A stretch of DNA of 62,118 nt, counting the filler, from Choristocarpus tenellus KU-1152 (Eukaryota > Protista > Phaeophyceae): NCBI GenBank assembly GCA_964200185.2. It is 11 parts of 11 records of this genome, joined end to end, with 100 filler letters (N's around TTAATTAATTAA, not from the genome) between each part and the next. Parts side by side here need not be neighbours in the genome. Positions count along the whole stretch, not along the records: positions 1 to 2,791 come from CAXNAD020024729.1; positions 2,892 to 6,394 come from CAXNAD020019584.1; positions 6,495 to 15,169 come from CAXNAD020004454.1; 8 more parts are not named here. The stretch is one strand, 5' to 3'. Positions 1 through 13,300 of this stretch are shown here, piece after piece. The notes beneath the pieces are model-generated. The model was not told where the DNA came from, did no database searches, and worked only from the letters and a program-made list of their open reading frames with translations. Position 1 is the stretch's first letter. Every line of letters begins with the position of its first letter. A program made the position numbers and the translations under genes.

Positions 1-1053
1 GGGGGCTGGGATACTGATGACCTCCTGGCTGCAGTTCTAACTGAAGAGGTCAAGACCACATTCCACTGGCAATCACACACCATGAGCCACCTTGCTCGTG
101 ACAACCTCGTTTCTTCAGATTGTACTATTGAGGATACGGGTAAGTAATGAAGCCAGCCATCTGTGTAAGATACAAACTCCTTGTGTATTAGAGTGTGGTA
201 CAAATAGATCGGTGAGTCATCTTTATCATTGGTTGTCACCACAAGTGTGTGCTGTATCAGAAAACAGCAAAAGCACGTTCCTCCTGAATAGCCTAGGAAA
301 TGAGGAGTCAGAAGAAATTGACCTCAAGAACTGCTGACTGATTGGATACTTCTAAGGCAGAGAAACTACTCTCACGTTGGTGTAGACAAGAGCTTTTGAA
401 TTGGTCGGCTAACATATCCTTCAACACACGGTGCTGGTCGTTCAGGCAATGTGGAGCTGGTGAAAGCTGTCGGATTCCACTATGGCAATGAGAACTACAA
501 TTGGTATTCTATGACTTCCCCAGGCATCACTGGTCTCTTCAATAAGTTCTGCCTTTCGTAAGTTACGGCTATTATCTCATGTTGCCTCCTTTATCTCATC
601 CAATGCCTATAGTTTCAAGATTGATTGATAGAAGGGTTTGCCGGAAGTCTCAAATCAGAAATTAGCTTATATTCAAACCAAGGTGTTTGCAATAGCAAGA
701 AGGTATTGATTTATAATATTCTACAAGTTATATTTCATCCTCATTACAAGCCAATAACTACAGCTTTTAATGCATCCTGTTTCACTTCTCCATCGCCCTC
801 AACAAGAACCAATTTTCTCCGAATTCTTTACTCTTTCTTACAACTGTATTTCCTTCCACTTTCATGGATGTACACTCTTCTGTCTCTCTGTGTATCTCTG
901 CTTCCCAGGAGCGGGGTACTGCGTTGATGACATGCTACCCTGGTGACAACACCGACCTGCCTGGTGTCACCAGTGTCTCTCTCATCGCGGACAACCGTTA
1001 CCACTCTCTAACCACCACGGTTAGCACCAATGGTGAGAGAATTCCTTGGTTTA

Positions 1054-1273
1054 AAACATTTGGAGTAGTGATGATACCTTAGGAAGATTCTCATTTCTGA
1101 TTCTTCTATAGGCCTATTGTGCTTTACAGCTACCTTAGGGACAGCTGTGGTAGATTTGTGCAAACATTTGGAGTAGTGATGATACCTTAGGAAGATTCTC
1201 ATTTCTGATTCTTCTATAGGCCTATTGTGCTTTACAGCTACCTTAGGGACAACTGTGGTAGATTTGTGCAACA
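1054..1273. repeat. Tandem duplication, 108-bp unit x2
   Basis: AAACATTTGGAGTAGTGATGATACC...GTAGATTTGTGC starts at 1054 and again at 1162, near-identical. Confidence 0.95.
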
Positions 1274-2400
1274 TATCAAAATGCACTACATGACGAGAGA
1301 GTTTGTAGGGGCATTCTCCTCTCAAGAGTCTGATCTTGATCAAGCTGCACTTTATATTATAAACTCTGAAATCAAACAGATCCTTTAAACATAAAAAAAC
1401 CGAAACACAACCCCTATCCAGTTGCCTCTTTCTCTGTAATCAATGATTTCGTGAGGGTGTACCAAGACATACATGTTTGGTCGATAGGACAAGAGAAATG
1501 AAGACCTCTGGTAGTTGAACACGAGGTAGAAAACGTTGATGCAATAATTGACACAAAATTTGAATAAGGCAGTTCTGGTCCTTACACCCCTCTCAAGTAA
1601 CTCAGTGAATATATACCATTTCCTTAGGGTATGCTGGAGCAACTATTGTACCACGGTTTGCTACCTTCATCTACTTCAATTGTGTAACTGTGAAGGTGAG
1701 AGTCTGCCTTGTAACAATGTTTGCATAGCTAATATGTTGTTCCGCAACATCAGTACAGCCACCGACACATCGTCAAAGCAAGCATTTATATTGGGGGAGG
1801 TTCTCAGTTGAAACAAGCAAATCAGGAAGTTAGCTATGAACCAGTTCTATATTGACCACTGTCCTATCACTGGTAATATGTATTTGTGATGTTCGAGCAC
1901 CCACAGTGCCTTGTGCATGAAAACGACTACATCAGACGTGTCGTCTGTGGGTGCACCAACCTGGATCCCTCTGCTTCCACGGGGGTAAGACCTTCCTGAA
2001 ATGTGTGTGTTATCCCCCATCCACTAACAAGTTAAATTTCGGATAGTGCCTTGTTCAAGCTCTCGTTATTGATCTATAACCCATTGAACAGAGGATATAT
2101 CGGTCCAACCTAACAAACTCAATCTTGGGAATTTGGTCAGTGAGAAAAAATGTAGCAATGAAGAGTAGAAGTCTTCTCCTTCTCAGTTCTTTTGCACTCA
2201 TCCAAGAACGTTGAATATTCTCTCCATCGATGCCAATGTTGAAACCTCACATCTCACACCCATTGACCTCATTGTGTATTCCCTCTTTCCCACTCAAGAC
2301 CTGCAGCCTGTGCGATGGTGACATCCAGTCTTTTGGATCCTTGGACAACCTCATTGCCTGGGAAAAGGAGGCCACAACGAGGCAGATCCTTGGGGGCTAC
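1270..2400 (-). pseudogene. Possible highly decayed Ty1/copia-like pol relic
   Basis: Fragmentary minus-strand peptides DFRVYNIK..., SRHVVHFD and ELPYS resemble copia integrase/SH3-region motifs; many stops and frameshifts. Confidence 0.25.
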
Positions 2401-2791
2401 CGTGACAAGTACATGTTCCACCAGGTATATTACGTCTCTTTTATGAAGCATGTGCATCGCTCTAAGGTGCTAAGTGTTCTCTGGAACAGCAAAGGAGATT
2501 TTTCAGTCCAAATTTCAACTCTTTGTTGTGTGCTTTGCATTCACACCTGTTTCATTGGGTTCTGGAGCACAAGACAATCGTTGGTTGGCCCCAGATTCTC
2601 CTTGTAGTGGGTAACTTGTACCCTGGAGCATGAATGACTGATTTACCTTGCTGTACAATATTTTTCCCCGCCACATGCCTCACTCACTCACTCATTGTGC
2701 ATTGTCTTCTCTTCTTTTCTCCTGCCTTGATTTCATTGCGCCACTGTAGGCCAATGTAATCCCCACCACCATCAATGGTGCCAGCATTTCC

Positions 2792-2891
2792 NNNNNNNNN
2801 NNNNNNNNNNNNNNNNNNNNNNNNNNNNNNNNNNNTTAATTAATTAANNNNNNNNNNNNNNNNNNNNNNNNNNNNNNNNNNNNNNNNNNNN
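2792..2891. other. Artificial contig linker (44N-TTAATTAATTAA-44N); identical linkers at 6395-6494, 15170-15269, 18064-18163, 24408-24507, 28427-28526, 33232-33331, 38745-38844, 42026-42125, 50465-50564
   Basis: Exactly 100 bp each, with a central 12-mer giving stops in all six frames; a concatenation spacer, not biology. Confidence 0.98.
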
Positions 2892-3373
2892 CTCTCCCCC
2901 CTCAGAACTGAACATAAACAACTATAGGACACCAACACAATTGCCTCACAGTCGCATAGAGGTAGGGTGCTGCCATGGAAAGGCTTACCTTCTCTAGGAA
3001 CTATGAACATACAAACAAACAAGACAAGCGTCTTACAATATCATCAAAATAGGGAGTGTCATAGCAAGACTCTCCTGCTTCAGAACTATCAATACAAACA
3101 AGTACAAGACACAAGAATAACCTCTCGACAAACACAGACAAAATGTCTAGCAATAGCATAAAAATCTATAAGCCGTAACAAGACTTTTCACACTGGTTAG
3201 AGTGCGAAAAGGCAGAAATGCTATTCGCCTGTAACATGCCCCCCAGCGTGAACTAGGAATACATGTTTCACGCTTACCACAGGTGATTATCACGGGTCAG
3301 GACAATAAATATCATCTATCTCCTCGAATCGTGCTGCGGCAGCATGTATTAATTGCCACTTGGCGACATAGGG

Positions 3374-3952
3374 GCTCCAGTTCCGACTCCGTTCCGACAC
3401 TGTTCCGACTCTGTTCCCACTCTGCCAGTTTTGTTGCAACCTAGGGACTCCAGTTCCGACTCCGTTCCGACTCTGTTCCCACTCTGCTGTTGAAGTATCC
3501 CACACTGGACCCGCTGCTTTTATGGTGCTTTAATGAAGGAAAAAGAACAGCTTGATGTAGATGAACAAAGCTGATATTACAAGGGTCTTTATGGTCTCGA
3601 TTCCGCTGACTGAGCTCATGGGTGAGACTCTAGCCTTAACTACCATCATTACTCTATAGTGTGGGGTTTGTAATCGTCCACACTATTTACTATGAATTAC
3701 TTATTCACTTATCTTAAGTATAGAAAGTGTATCTTGAACATGATATATAAACCAATCAACACTATGAGTCAGTACATATAATATATCTGTCACTGCTCTC
3801 CATCCCATTATCTAATCCACCGGTGGTGTCTTCGTGTATCAGCAGCACTATCTACGAGCATCTGCTAGTTTTGTTTCGACCTAGGGATTCCAGTTCCGAC
3901 TCCGTTCCCACTCTGCCAGTTTTGTTGCGACCTAGGGACCCAGTTCCGACTA
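3374..3952. repeat. Minisatellite of ~11-bp GTTCCGACTCY units in two clusters (3374-3490, 3864-3952)
   Basis: Repeated CCAGTTCCGACTCCGTTCC(G/C)ACTCTG with a higher-order GTTTTGTTGCRACCTAGGGA spacer. Confidence 0.85.
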
Positions 3953-4620
3953 AACCTGTGGGATGAAAGGACAAGTGTGATACACGAAAAACAGATCTGG
4001 AATGTGAGTGTACGAATGGCGAGGAAGAACTAACTAGGCACGTCTATACTATGGCGGTCGAAAACCACTCGTTTACGTCTATAGGTGGATGATGTGGCGA
4101 TCGGAGGCCACTCTTTTTATACAGCTAGAGAGGGGCGATTCCTCAGAGCCACAGAAGCCCTCAGATCCATGAAGACGACGAGCTCAAGGAGGGAATCCCG
4201 TAGACGACAAATGAAGACCACAAACCCAGGTGGAACAAGAAAACAATCCAGGTGGAACCAGAAAACGATCCAGTGGAACAAGCAAGGAATCCTAAATGTT
4301 TGAAGAGGGCCGGTAGAACCTCCAGTCTCGGTTAGACCTCCATGTTATAGGCGCCCCTCAGAAAGCTTACCTCCACAGGATGTATAGCTCCAATCGGCGG
4401 GCCTATGGATGATACTGATGTACGTATAGGACTCCTGATTCACAAGTCGTCACGTATGCTGGATCTCTCACTTGGATTATCATCAATGTCATATAAAAAG
4501 GAACTGGTCTCAATGACTTATCACAATCGGGGACCATAATGACCAAATAATAAATAAATAATCAAGAAGTACAAATATATCAAATCTAGAACTTCAATGT
4601 CATAATGGTGTTTATGAAAC

Positions 4621-4646
4621 CGCCATCAAGACATATCGTCTGTGAC
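4621..4646. mobile_element. Probable LTR terminus (...CTGTGACA); same sequence at 28527-28553
   Basis: CGCCATCAAGACATATCG(T/C)CTGTGACA occurs on two contigs and similarity ends at about the TGTGACA, typical of TG...CA LTR ends. Confidence 0.5.
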
Positions 4647-5017
4647 AGAAATGCATGCTCTGTGGAGAGGCCTTGTTACCTTGGCTGGGAAGGGTTTCTT
4701 TGGATGTTTTGACTCTGTTCATATATTGCATCCCATCGTGTGTATGATACAGGTATTGCAGAGTGAGCTTGGTGTCTTATGAGGGGGCAATGCCAATCAA
4801 GAAAAATAATAAATATATGATATCCAACTGACAACTTCTTGTGTGAAGAAGAAAGGACAAAACAAAGAAGTAACAAGGAGACAAACTTGAATCTATGTTT
4901 GTGAGAGAACTGATGTGACACATGGTATGCCTGTTTGCGCGAGGTGTAGCGACTGTCCTTGTCCTTCCAATGTAATGTGGTGTTGTGAAGGTAATTGATG
5001 GTGTTGTGATGATGAGG

Positions 5018-5280
5018 TAGTGAAAGTTATCTTAGAGGGTACGAGTTTTGCCCTGTTTGTCCGTTTGGGGCTCGGCTTCCCACGGGGTTTTTATGACATT
5101 TTACGTGCTCCAAAATGTTTCTGAGTAGGTAAAATGTATACTTTATGAAAAGTTGTGTCCGGAACAAGGATATCGACACTTCCTAACAAACACGATAGCC
5201 AAAACTACATCAAAATCGCAGCATTGGATTTTGGTCCCCAAACAGACGCGGTTCTACTACCCTCTAAGATACTTTGACTC
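5018..5280 (-). mobile_element. MITE family A (~255 bp; TIR GAGTSAAAGTATCTTAGAGGGTA)
   Basis: Both TIRs present; internal sequence matches the other copies. Confidence 0.9.
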
Positions 5281-5609
5281 ATGAGAACCTAATGAGGTCA
5301 AGTTAGAATAGCGACCATTACAATGGACAAATCAACATTCAGTATGGACTGATGATACTGTATCTTATCAAAACAAAATAAATGAGTAGCCTCTGTTATA
5401 ACAACAGGACCAGTGGTGTCAGACGTTAAAAGATAGGCAACTCATTTGTCTCTTCTTGATACGATACAGTACCACCAGTCAATACTGACTGTTGATTGGT
5501 CCGCAACGCACGGGTGGATACTTTCACTACCTCATCCTCACAACACCATCAATTACCTTCACAACAGCGCAGTACATAGGAAGCATCAGAACATTCGCTA
5601 CACATCAAA

Positions 5610-5868
5610 GAGTGAAAGTATCTTAGAGGGTACGAGTTTTGCCCTGTTTGCCCATTTGGGGCTTGGCTTCCCTCGGGTTTTTTATGACATTTTCCCACTC
5701 CAAAATATTTTCGGAGTAGGTAAAATGCGTATGTCGTGAAAAGGTGTTTCCGGAACAAGGATATTGACACTTCCTAACAAACACGATAGCCAAAATTATA
5801 TCGAAATTACAACATTGGATTTTGACCCCCAAATGGACGCGGCTCTACCCTCAAAGATACTTTGGCTC
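5610..5868 (-). mobile_element. MITE family A
   Basis: TIRs at both ends; flanked by CAAA/CAAA. Confidence 0.9.
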
Positions 5869-6494
5869 CAAACACACAGGTATAATATGTGTCGCTTGAG
5901 TTACACCAGACATCGATTCAAGTTTGTTGTGTTGGTTCTTGACTCTTGGTTCTTTGTATTTCCTTCCTTCTTAACAGCAGAAGACTCTAGTTGTATGTCA
6001 ATGGTTCAGTACCATTTTTCTTTTGTTGTATGTCAATTATTGACTATTATTTTTCTTGATTGGCATTGCCCCCTCGTAAGACACCAAGCTCACTCTGCAA
6101 TACCTGTATCATGCACACGCTGCAATATATGGACAGAGTCAAAACATCCAAAGAAACCCTTCCCAGCCAAGGTAACAAGGCCTCTCCACAGAGCATGCAT
6201 TTCTTCCTTTGGGTGTACCTAGGAAAAACATCGAATACACACCATCCATCTTCTAACTGAGCAAGTCATGACTTCAGTTGCAACAGAACAAACTTACCAA
6301 ATGCTTTACGGCACCATGACACTCCTTTGCACCACAAACTACGCATTATACACCAAAGCATGCGTCCTCCGATTCAGGTTTCAACATCAGGGGANNNNNN
6401 NNNNNNNNNNNNNNNNNNNNNNNNNNNNNNNNNNNNNNTTAATTAATTAANNNNNNNNNNNNNNNNNNNNNNNNNNNNNNNNNNNNNNNNNNNN

Positions 6495-6751
6495 CCAAAG
6501 TATCTTAGAGGGTAGAGCTGCGTCCATTTGGGGGCCAAAATCCAATGTTGCGATTTTGATGTGATTTTGGCTATCGTATTTGCTAGGAAGTGTCAATATC
6601 CTTGTTCCGCACATACCTTTTCATAATGTATACATTTTATCTACTCCGAAATATTTTGGAGTAGGTAAAATGTCATAAAACGCCCCGAGGGAAGCCAAGC
6701 CCCAAATGGACAAACAGAGCAAAACTGATACCCTCTAAGATATTTTCACTC
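6495..6751 (+). mobile_element. MITE family A (left end at contig edge)
   Basis: CCAAAGTATCTTAGAGGGTAG...CCCTCTAAGATATTTTCACTC. Confidence 0.9.
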
Positions 6752-7339
6752 TTTTGTTTCCTTTGTTGTGTAACATGCATGTGATGAGTGATGCTTTTCG
6801 GGCTCGATGGACCTGATATGACCCAGGTCAAGGTTTGGGGGGTTAATACATTCACCTGATTGGTTTCTCTTGGGTAGCCTACTTCTTGCAGATATTTTGC
6901 AAGTTCTTTCTCAGGTATTTAATCTTCCCATTTTTTTCTCGTCGTTTCTTTTCCACAAGGTTTTCTGGACTTTTTTCCTATTCTCATACTTGCTGTACTT
7001 CTCAAGCAGTGTGTATTGCATTCTTCTGGGTACTACCTTTCGACCACGGATGATCTGGATGAACAGCAAAGAAAACAGTTCAGACTAGTTCCATTCTGAT
7101 TGATCATTTTGCAGTTTTTGTCCCCAACTCAGACGTCCTTGGCATCTGTTTTGTTCTGAGGTTCCTGTTCTGTTTGGTTTTGCTCGACTTTGTTTTGAGA
7201 GGTGTGCTCCTTGAGCCCAGTGGTTCACTTCCTTCCCGAACCTGATCCCTGGTGGTCCTCATCACCCTCGTTGCAGAGTACTTGGTGATCAATACAGATC
7301 CGGATCTGTAAGTAGAGCAAAAAAAACAGTGAGCCAAAG

Positions 7340-7545
7340 CAAGCAAGAGGCACCAAGTTTTCGACCGTTTCGCATTTGAAGGCAATTTTCAATCTTTTGC
7401 AATTCACCCATATTTATATGGATGAAGGGATAAGTTTGATTTGATACGGTCGATTTCTCTGTTGTTTGAAAGTTTTCGACACAATTTGGAAAACATCCTA
7501 CACGCGTTTGAAAGAAAAACGTGCACAAATTGGCCGGCATTGTTA
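7340..7545 (+). repeat. Dispersed repeat family C (copies at ~9730-9930 + and ~50940-51165 -)
   Basis: Shared diverged core CAATTCACC...GGATGAAG...TTTCTCTGTTGTTTG...ACACAATT. Confidence 0.7.
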
Positions 7546-7891
7546 AAATGCAAATCCATTTACCACTGATTTACTTTGACTCAGCTCAGACCAAAGATTC
7601 ATTCCGTTCTTACTGATCATGTTGCAGCTGCTGTTGTCACCAGAGTCAAAATATCCTAGAGAGGAGTGGATTGGGGGTATTTTTTTATTATGGGGGTTAC
7701 AAGCGATGCTTGACGCCCCTTTTTCATGGCCCAAATTTAGGTAAACCCTATCAGGAGTGTGTGGATGAATATAGATGAAACGACCCTGTCAATAGAATTT
7801 ATTTATAGTTGTCGAATGTAGGGACCCAAAGGAGATGTAAATCAGAAAACAGACACAGAAACTGGCCTAGCTCCCTAACTAAAGAAAAGTT

Positions 7892-7960
7892 GTAGTAGTA
7901 GTAGTAGTAGTAGTGGTAGTGGTAGTGGTAGTGGTAGTGGTAGTGGTAGTAGTAGTAGTA
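7892..7960. repeat. Microsatellite (GTA)n/(GTAGTG)n
   Basis: Seen directly. Confidence 0.95.
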
Positions 7961-10256
7961 AGTACTTAGAGATTATTGCTTTTTTGCTCCAAGGCAGTAT
8001 CTATCGCAATATGCAAAATGCCAGTGGACATGACATTTTAACAAGAGGGCAGGAGGAGTGGATCAATGTAAAAAAGTCATGGTAACTGTACTTTTTATAA
8101 TAGTGCCAGCAAAAATAGTTCATGGATATATTTTTTCTAGACTCTGACGTAGTATAGTATAATTTGCAGTACACCTTTTTCATCCTTTTTTGTGTGGTAG
8201 TAGTAATAACAATATGACAGAGAGAGTTCAAGGTAGGCACTAGCAAAAAATGATTACACACATACATATATATATTAAATAAGAAGCATGGCCATCCCAT
8301 TAAGCAACTCCAGCATACTTTGTGAAATAATATTTTATGGACTAAGACACCATGGATAAAATACTGCATGTATGTATTGAAAAAGTCCTCCAGAAAAGAA
8401 GGCAACTCAACCATTTTTTTTAATATGGTACCAAAATTGAAATAACAAAAAAAGGAAAACTTTCACAAATATAAAAAAATCCAAGAAATTACTAAGGAAA
8501 CTACAGGCAATTCAAAGAACAACACAGGTTGCTCGCTCAGGAGAAATAGGCCGAGTGAGGAACAAAGTTCAGTTACAAAATACATTCAAATTCCACAGGA
8601 CCCAAAAAAAGCATTCAAATGTGCAGTTGCCTCTCTATGCTCGGACTGGCTAAACATGTTGGCTTAACCTACTTACGACGACAAGGCCATAGACAAGGTC
8701 ATGAAAAATAGTGGAGATAGCACAAAACAACAAATGTGTTAACTATGGTGCAGTAATATAACTCCAATTAACATGTGTGGACTCTTGTTCAGTACAAACA
8801 TCAGGTAGAAGTAGACAAGAAGGGTGGTGAGCCGTTTATCGCTCTTCGGTAAACACTCCCGATGTAGTGACTGATGGATACCAAACCAATCAGAATGATA
8901 TCGGTCTGATAGTAATAAAAATGGGATTGGATCATTTCTATATTACAGTCTCATTAGTAGTGGACCTTATTATAGTTACCATAAATAGTGATGCACAGAG
9001 TGTTGTAGTCTGTACTTATATTTTGCTTTATGTAGTATTTTATGTAGGAGTTGTGCAATGCATTATTTTTAGATGTGGTGTTGTATCGAGTCCCACACAC
9101 ACCACATACATACTACTACCACCACTATTGCACACATTCGTTCATTATTTGTCTTGTAAGACGGCTGATGGTGTGCAGAAAGCATGGATGACAAGTTTTT
9201 TTCACAGTGAGTGTTGGTCCTGGACCTGCCAACACAATTCCTTTTCCTTATTGCTAATATTATTATCATTATTGTAGCTTTTTTTGTTGTAGTTTGAGTA
9301 GTAAAGGTTGCTGACAGTCAAAGTGACGGAATTATCGCACATCAGATAATTAATGAAAGAAAGATAATTCCAAACCTAGGGTTAGTTGGAAAGGAAGTAG
9401 AATATATCGCATTGTCACCTCCATACATCCCAACATAAATAAGGGAGGTAACTGTGGGAGATTTCTTTTTTTGTTTTTGATGCAGGTGTCAACACGAATA
9501 ATACATGAACGACCAATCAATGCAATCAACTGGATGGATGCCGTCTATATAAAATTGCTCATAATCAGGACTGCATCAAACAAACAAGATAACCACAGAG
9601 ACAACGACACAGAGTGCGAGAGGCACACTGGGGCAACATAGAGCTCTTTATCAACCCTAATATGCAAACTTGGCGACATGTCCACAAACGTGCGCACGAC
9701 ACGGCGCAAGACTGTGAGTCAAACCAAACGAGAGGTGCTCAGGTTTTGGCCGTTTTGCATTTTAAGTCACTTTTTTAATCTTTTACAATTCACCATTATT
9801 AGTAGGTCTACGGATGAAGTGCTTAGTCTGAGTTGAGAACGTTGACTTCTCTGTTGTTTGTTCAATTTCTACACAATTCAGAAAAATCCCAAATGCATTT
9901 GTAAAGTTAGTCTAATTTTGGACATATTTGTCAGCATCCCTAAAATGCAACTCTGAGTACCTCTCCTTTACTTTGATCCTGTGCCTCATGTCAACAATCG
10001 TCTCACCACCAACAAACCAAACTATCCGTGGCAAAATTTCAATTTTGTTCCCCCTCACAGAACAGAATGGCCAAAAAAATCTATGTCACGGAAATTTCAC
10101 TCCGCGTTTCAATGAGCAACTCTGGATTTAATCGATCATGTGTTATGAACGACAGGGAACATATTTTTATACCAATAGCAGCAAGCAGTAGGTTATTTCC
10201 TGCGTCACTCTACACTGCTGCAATGAAATCACCCTTCAAAGTTCCCTTACCCCTTA

Positions 10257-10352
10257 AGCAGCCGATTTCAAAAATTGAGGATGGAGCTTTTCATTGAGGA
10301 TGAGCTTGACCCAAAATTAAAGCTCCATCCTCAATTTTTGAAATCGGCTGTT
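10257..10352. mobile_element. MITE family D (TIR AACAGCCGATTTCAAAAATTG), 4-bp TSD CTTA
   Basis: Near-palindromic 96-bp element flanked by CTTA/CTTA; other copies at 28766-28926 and 33165-33231. Confidence 0.85.
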
Positions 10353-11510
10353 CTTAGTAGTTTTGGCATTACCAGTGTGGACCGAGTCAGAGCAGATTAC
10401 AAGAGAAACCGAAAGACACCCCTGCTGCTGTTGTAATCTACGGTAAAACGAACCGAGTGCTTCCTATTCTTCTTCTGAATGTGGTCGGAATATTTTACAA
10501 TAATATTGCTTACTCTAGAAGTAGTATTGATAGTGCAGTGTCTGTGACAATAGTAAGAGAACGTTAAGAGAAGATTATGCCTATTCTTGGAGATAACAAT
10601 GCATTTTGCAGGTCAACTACAGAGTATGTATGCTCTAGTTGCTAGAAGGGTTACAACAAACTAGAGGATATAGGTATGTATTACGAGATGGAGCAAGGAA
10701 GGGAAGAGGGATCACCCAGACCTCCAAAGAGAGAAACCAGTAAATATATATTACTATTTGTATTACCACCACTGTGTCGCAAAAATCCTGTACAATTCCA
10801 CAACAACTCCTCATCTTTTCACTCCACCATAAAATAAATACGTCTTCCCAAATCTCCAACCTACTGCCCGTATCTGTGGCTCGCAACAGACTGACACGGA
10901 AAAAAACAAAAGGTAGATGGAATTTAACGAGAAGCACGTAATGCACACAGACACATGCTGCTAAAGAACACGAAAAAGGGAGAGGGCGAGTGAAACTCAA
11001 AACAACAATTCATATTGCATCAAAAACTGACCCCTGACAAAGCTAACAAGGCCTCAACTTTAATAACAGTAGAGGTAGGGCAAGGGAAAGCAAACTTCGG
11101 AGGGAAGCAGAACCGGTCGGGGTGGCACCAGCCTTCAAAATTAAAAAAAAATGTTATGAATAACCCACAGCCAAGCAAAACTCATACAGCAAAAACCTGG
11201 TCAAGTAAGCGCAGTAGGAAAATGTGGGAGGGAGTACAACTACTGTGTATCCTAGCTTGATAGATCATTCATTCGTGCACCCACTGCTCCCAAAAAATTC
11301 CATGAACTCCGTACCTCTCCTGAGAATACCAAACGGTGCCAAGACACTATAGAGCTATACAACAACAGCGTATAGACTATGCACAAAACATACAACTCTT
11401 GGGACCAATGCCTTTATTCTTGGAATCATCCCTTCAGTGTCACGCTCCCCTTTCTACAGAAGGCAGAATACAATCTCCGTAGTTCAAGCTCACCCATGGG
11501 CTTGCTCTCC

Positions 11511-11515
<5 letters not shown>

Positions 11516-11550
<35 letters not shown>

Positions 11551-11556
11551 AGACAC
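11516..11556. repeat. (CA)n microsatellite; another at 13241-13298
   Basis: Seen directly. Confidence 0.95.
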
Positions 11557-12139
11557 CCAAAAAAGACTACTCCTGAGACGGGTGCTCAGTTCGGTAACTG
11601 TTCTTGTGTTGTGTGACTTACAACAAACACAAAAAGCCATGCATAATTACAATCCTAGCACGCCAACCCTCACAACCTCCTAAGAACGTTCAAACCCCAC
11701 CACACGCAACAGATGGGATTGCGTTGGAACATACTTCAAAGTAAAAATTCAACAGTCGCCACATAGAACATATCTAAGCAGTGTCAAACACACCTCCCAA
11801 AGCAAAGTAATACACTGCATCAATATGCCCAATCCACTCTGACCAACCGGCTCTACCAATTTGCATTGTTACATGCAAATGGGCAACTACAGATGAGATA
11901 AATGATTCTTGCAAAACTGGTATCATTTGACCAAACCGGAGTTGGTTGATCCCCTCGGCAATGTGGAAAAAAAAGCAAGCGACATCCAACTGGGCAATGT
12001 AGTAGAAACACTGCAATGTCACTGTGCTTGACGAATACGGGGCACCAAGCAGCAGCCGCTTTGTGCGCATCCTTTCCCTCCTGACAATACCCTTGAAAAC
12101 AGACGTATGTCTACACGGGTGTTGCATCATATACTGACA

Positions 12140-12320
12140 CATTGGTAGGGTACTCTGAACATAAAAACCTTCCAGGTCGCAAACACCACCGAATGAGGTC
12201 AACCTTCTCAAGCCCACAGAACAATTCTATGCATCGGTAGGGTACTCTGAACATAAAACCTTTTTAGATCACAAACACCACCAAATGAGCTCAGCATTCT
12301 CAAGTCCGCAACACAACTCA
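12140..12320. repeat. Diverged tandem duplication, ~92-bp unit
   Basis: GGTAGGGTACTCTGAACATAAAA...AAACACCACC occurs twice. Confidence 0.8.
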
Positions 12321-12503
12321 ACCCATGGGTGGGGCTCGCAAAAGCTGCAGCCCTTCCTGTCTCAAGTCGCAACTGAGGCACAGTAGCCCACCACGCATCC
12401 AATATCGCATGGGAGAGATCGCAAAACACCAATATATAGCCTGAGGAGTCACCAAGTAATGACAACAGTCACCAACCAGCAATAAGCAATCAATTGGTCA
12501 ATG

Positions 12504-13238
12504 TCAATCCTTCAGCAGGGCATCTCGCAGTCGCTGCCGCCATCCCTCATCGAAGCCAATTGAATCAAGATAGTTGTTCACAGAGCCATGACGCTCACGC
12601 AACAGGTAGAGGGTATCCTCCATCACATGTCGGGGTGCGCACAGGAAACGCTCCGGATCTAGGTCTCGCTGGCATTGCAGGTGCCCGGAGGTGTGCGAAG
12701 GGAGGGGTCAGCAGAGCAATGCATGTATGTTAGTTGTGAAAGATGCAACAGGGTCTACAGAAGTGTGGAAAGAGAAGGGAGGGTTTTGGGCGGCATAGGG
12801 GCCGAGTGGATGAGGAGGAATGGAGACTAAGTTATGATTGTGCCTTGAGTTGTGCAAGAAACAGGAGAGAGGAGGTTGGGGAGAGTGCATTTGTGTGTGT
12901 GTGAGAGAGAGAGAGAGGGAGGGGGGTGGGGGGGGGGGAAGAGAGTGAAAGAGAGAGTGGTTGGCCAAAGGGCAAGACAAGTCAGAGTATACATACTCTA
13001 TGAAGTATTAGTTCCTCAAGACAACAGAGTGGTATAGCAGGGTGTGTAATCGAGTGCGGAGTTGGTGAAGACATAGGATCACTGTTGAATTCAAGATATA
13101 TTAGCTGTTGTTGTAGACAACAGAAACAGACACAGCACCAGAAGCATCAACAACGAGGTATACTGGCTAAAAGAGGTGAGGGCGTGCTACCAAATGTACT
13201 TGTTCCCACTGCCGAAAAAAAACAATAGCATTGTCAAG

Positions 13239-13300
<62 letters not shown>

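Larger units (their letters stand above)
4647..6203. repeat. Large diverged inverted repeat (arm 1 4647-5031, arm 2 5517-6203 interrupted by MITE-A at 5610-5868)
   Basis: 4647-4930 is the reverse complement of about 5870-6203, and 4940-5031 of 5517-5606; the same pseudo-peptide (DWHCPL.RHQAHSAIPVS) appears on opposite strands in the ORF track. Confidence 0.9.

Noticed and set aside
2836-2847. Recurring TTAATTAATTAA palindrome
   Set aside because: Always centred in an exact 100-bp N block; an artificial linker.
5446-5880. Recurring short ORFs such as TLPNKHDSQNYIKI...YPLRYF and MHLHYPSDVCNQITKK
   Set aside because: Chance translations of non-coding MITE A and B copies; frames differ between copies.
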